A stretch of 64,000 nucleotides of DNA from Octopus sinensis (lineage: Eukaryota): positions 12,710,001 to 12,774,000 of the forward strand of contig NC_043004.1 of the NCBI RefSeq assembly GCF_006345805.1, given 5' to 3'. This document shows positions 62,180 through 64,000 of this stretch, in pieces. The notes under the pieces were generated by a model that was not told the DNA's origin, searched no databases, and saw only the letters and a list, made by a program, of their open reading frames with translations. Made by a program: the position numbers and the translations under genes. Within the stretch, counting starts at the first letter, position 1; each line of letters opens with the position of its first letter.

Positions 62180-62325
62180 TGCAGGTGTGCCTGTCTGATA
62201 GCAAAGTTGCTTCCAGCCACAGGGTTCCGGGTTCAATCCCAGACTATGGCACCTTGGGTAGATGCCTTCTAATACAGCCTCAAGCCTACCAAAGCTTTGT
62301 GAGTGGATTTAGTAATTTAGTAGAC
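62180..62325 (+). mobile_element. SINE family B, degraded 5' part
   Basis: GGTTCCGGGTTCAATCCC...GGCACCTTGGGTAGATG...CTTTGTGAGTGGATTT. Confidence 0.7.
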
Positions 62326-63477
62326 AGGGACTAGCACACGACTATGTCAAATTGATACAAAATATTTATGTAAATTAAATGTAGTTATTTGGATGAATGG
62401 AGTGGAATGGAAATCGCACTATTATAATTTCATTTAATGTACATGAAATATAAATGTTCACATTTAATTGCATGAAGAGAAAAGATTTGACTAAAACTTA
62501 GATAATGAAAGATTGTAACATAATACAATATTGATGAAAATAATGAAGAAAATGTAATTAGTTAAAATTCGAAAGTCTAGACTAAATCTATCAGTAGTTG
62601 TATATGGGGAAAATATCACTGAATAATTTCGAATAAAGTTCTTGTTTTGAGTTAATTACTTAAATTTTAAATGGCTCGTCGTAATAATATAAAATTAACG
62701 AATCTTGATTACTAGGAAATATGTTCAAGATAAATTTGTAGTTGGAAGGTATAAATTCTTTGTTGGAAGGCTTCAGGAAAATATTTATAATAACCTTGCA
62801 AGAAAATGCTTTATCCTGGTTTAAAGTATTAAATTAAATTGCATATGTATCATAATCAAACAAGTAGATTCATTCCCTGTAATAGTTTCCTCAGAAATGT
62901 TATCGCAAAGTGAGGAAGTTATATGATGTACTATTAGAAAAGCTATGGCTGTTGGCGTGTATTAATAAGCATTATGTTCACTGTTGACTTTATTTCAACG
63001 GTATTGCTGTACTAGCACAAAGTGTGAGTGTACGTTTCAGAAAATATAACCTAGTTGGCAGTACAATCAGCTTAAACTATTTTAACTTTCAAATAAACCA
63101 GTTTTTAAAGTTCAAAACTATTGTTGAGTACTCTGTAGTAGTTGCAGTTTGGTGTATCCCCATAGATGCAATTTTTAGTTGCAGAAGCCTTGTGAAGTTA
63201 ACCAGGCGGTTGGTGTAGTAAACCTACAGAAATCGCAGTATTGCAAAAAAAAAAAATGTTTCAATAATGTAGTTGATATAATTTTTAAAATATTAATTTG
63301 ACTTATTAGGGTTTTTAGATCATTCCTTCAAAATAAAGAAGCGTGTGTAATTCACGTGTAATGCTTTATATGTATTTTGGTTCATTTTGAAAATAATTTG
63401 TTTTTGCATACCAGAGTATAATATATTACAGCGCATATATAATAGCTTATTATAACAATACAGCGTAGAGTTATTAT

Positions 63478-63895
63478 AAGGCGATGAGTTGGAAGAAACG
63501 TTAGCACGCCGGGCGAAATACTTAGCGGTATTTCGTCTGCAGTTACGTTCTGAGTTCAAATTCCGCCGAGGTCGACTTTGCCTTTCATCCTTTCGGGGTC
63601 GATAAACTAAGTAACAGTTACGCACTGGGGTCGATGTAATCGACTTCATCCGTTTGTCTGTTCTTGTTTGTTCCCTCTATGTTTAGCCCCCTGTGGACAA
63701 TAAAGAAATAAGAAACGTTACTACGCAGGTCGAAATGCTTAGCGATATTTCGCCTGCCTTTATGTTCTGAGTTTAAATCCCGTCGACTTTGCCTTTCATC
63801 GTTTCAGGGTCGATAAATTACCAGTTGCGTACTTGGGATCGATCTAATCGACTGGCCCTCCTCCACCATAATTTAGAGCCTTGTGCCTAGAGTAT
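63478..63895 (+). mobile_element. SINE family A, dimeric
   Basis: AAGGCGATGAGTTGGAAGAAACGTTAGCACGCCGGGCG head; second unit from ~63712. Confidence 0.9.
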
Positions 63896-64000
63896 AAAAG
63901 AATACAGCGTAGAGTAATTATGTTTTAGATGGTTAAGTATATAAATATTCTATGTATTCTTTAATGCGTTTTCATACGATATTGTATAAGGAAAGGGAAT

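Noticed and set aside
63095-63230. Minus-strand acceptor TTTCTGTAG| with a 44-codon frame (VYYTNRLVNFTRLLQLK...)
   Set aside because: Short, no recognisable homology, and expected by chance in unique AT-rich DNA.

Overview
AT-rich, repeat-dense eukaryotic genomic DNA. The SINE families and microsatellite load look like Octopus (coleoid cephalopod); this is inferred from recognition, not from a search. No host protein-coding gene can be supported with confidence, only a few weak exon candidates around 34.9-37.9 kb. Nearly all long ORFs in the track are microsatellite artefacts or decayed transposon ORFs. The window holds four tRNA-derived SINE families (>30 copies), decayed LINEs (RTE x3-4, CR1, and R4/Dong-type RLE elements at three loci), two Helitron fragments, a Tc1/mariner transposase remnant and four MITEs (Tigger/pogo, mariner, Kolobok-like, hAT). 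The most notable signal is two unrelated non-coding repeat families that each carry a minimal type I hammerhead ribozyme (HHR) with a palindromic helix III. One is a ~555-bp tandem array with three HHRs and a 205-bp inverted 5' arm (5832-7397). The other is a ~330-bp fold-back element with one HHR in its loop (32785-33114). Each family has an HHR-less relative elsewhere in the window (24.3 kb and 61.8 kb). The architecture is that of Penelope-like pseudo-LTRs or non-autonomous retrozymes. All alignments and folds were done by eye, so coordinates of degenerate repeats are approximate.
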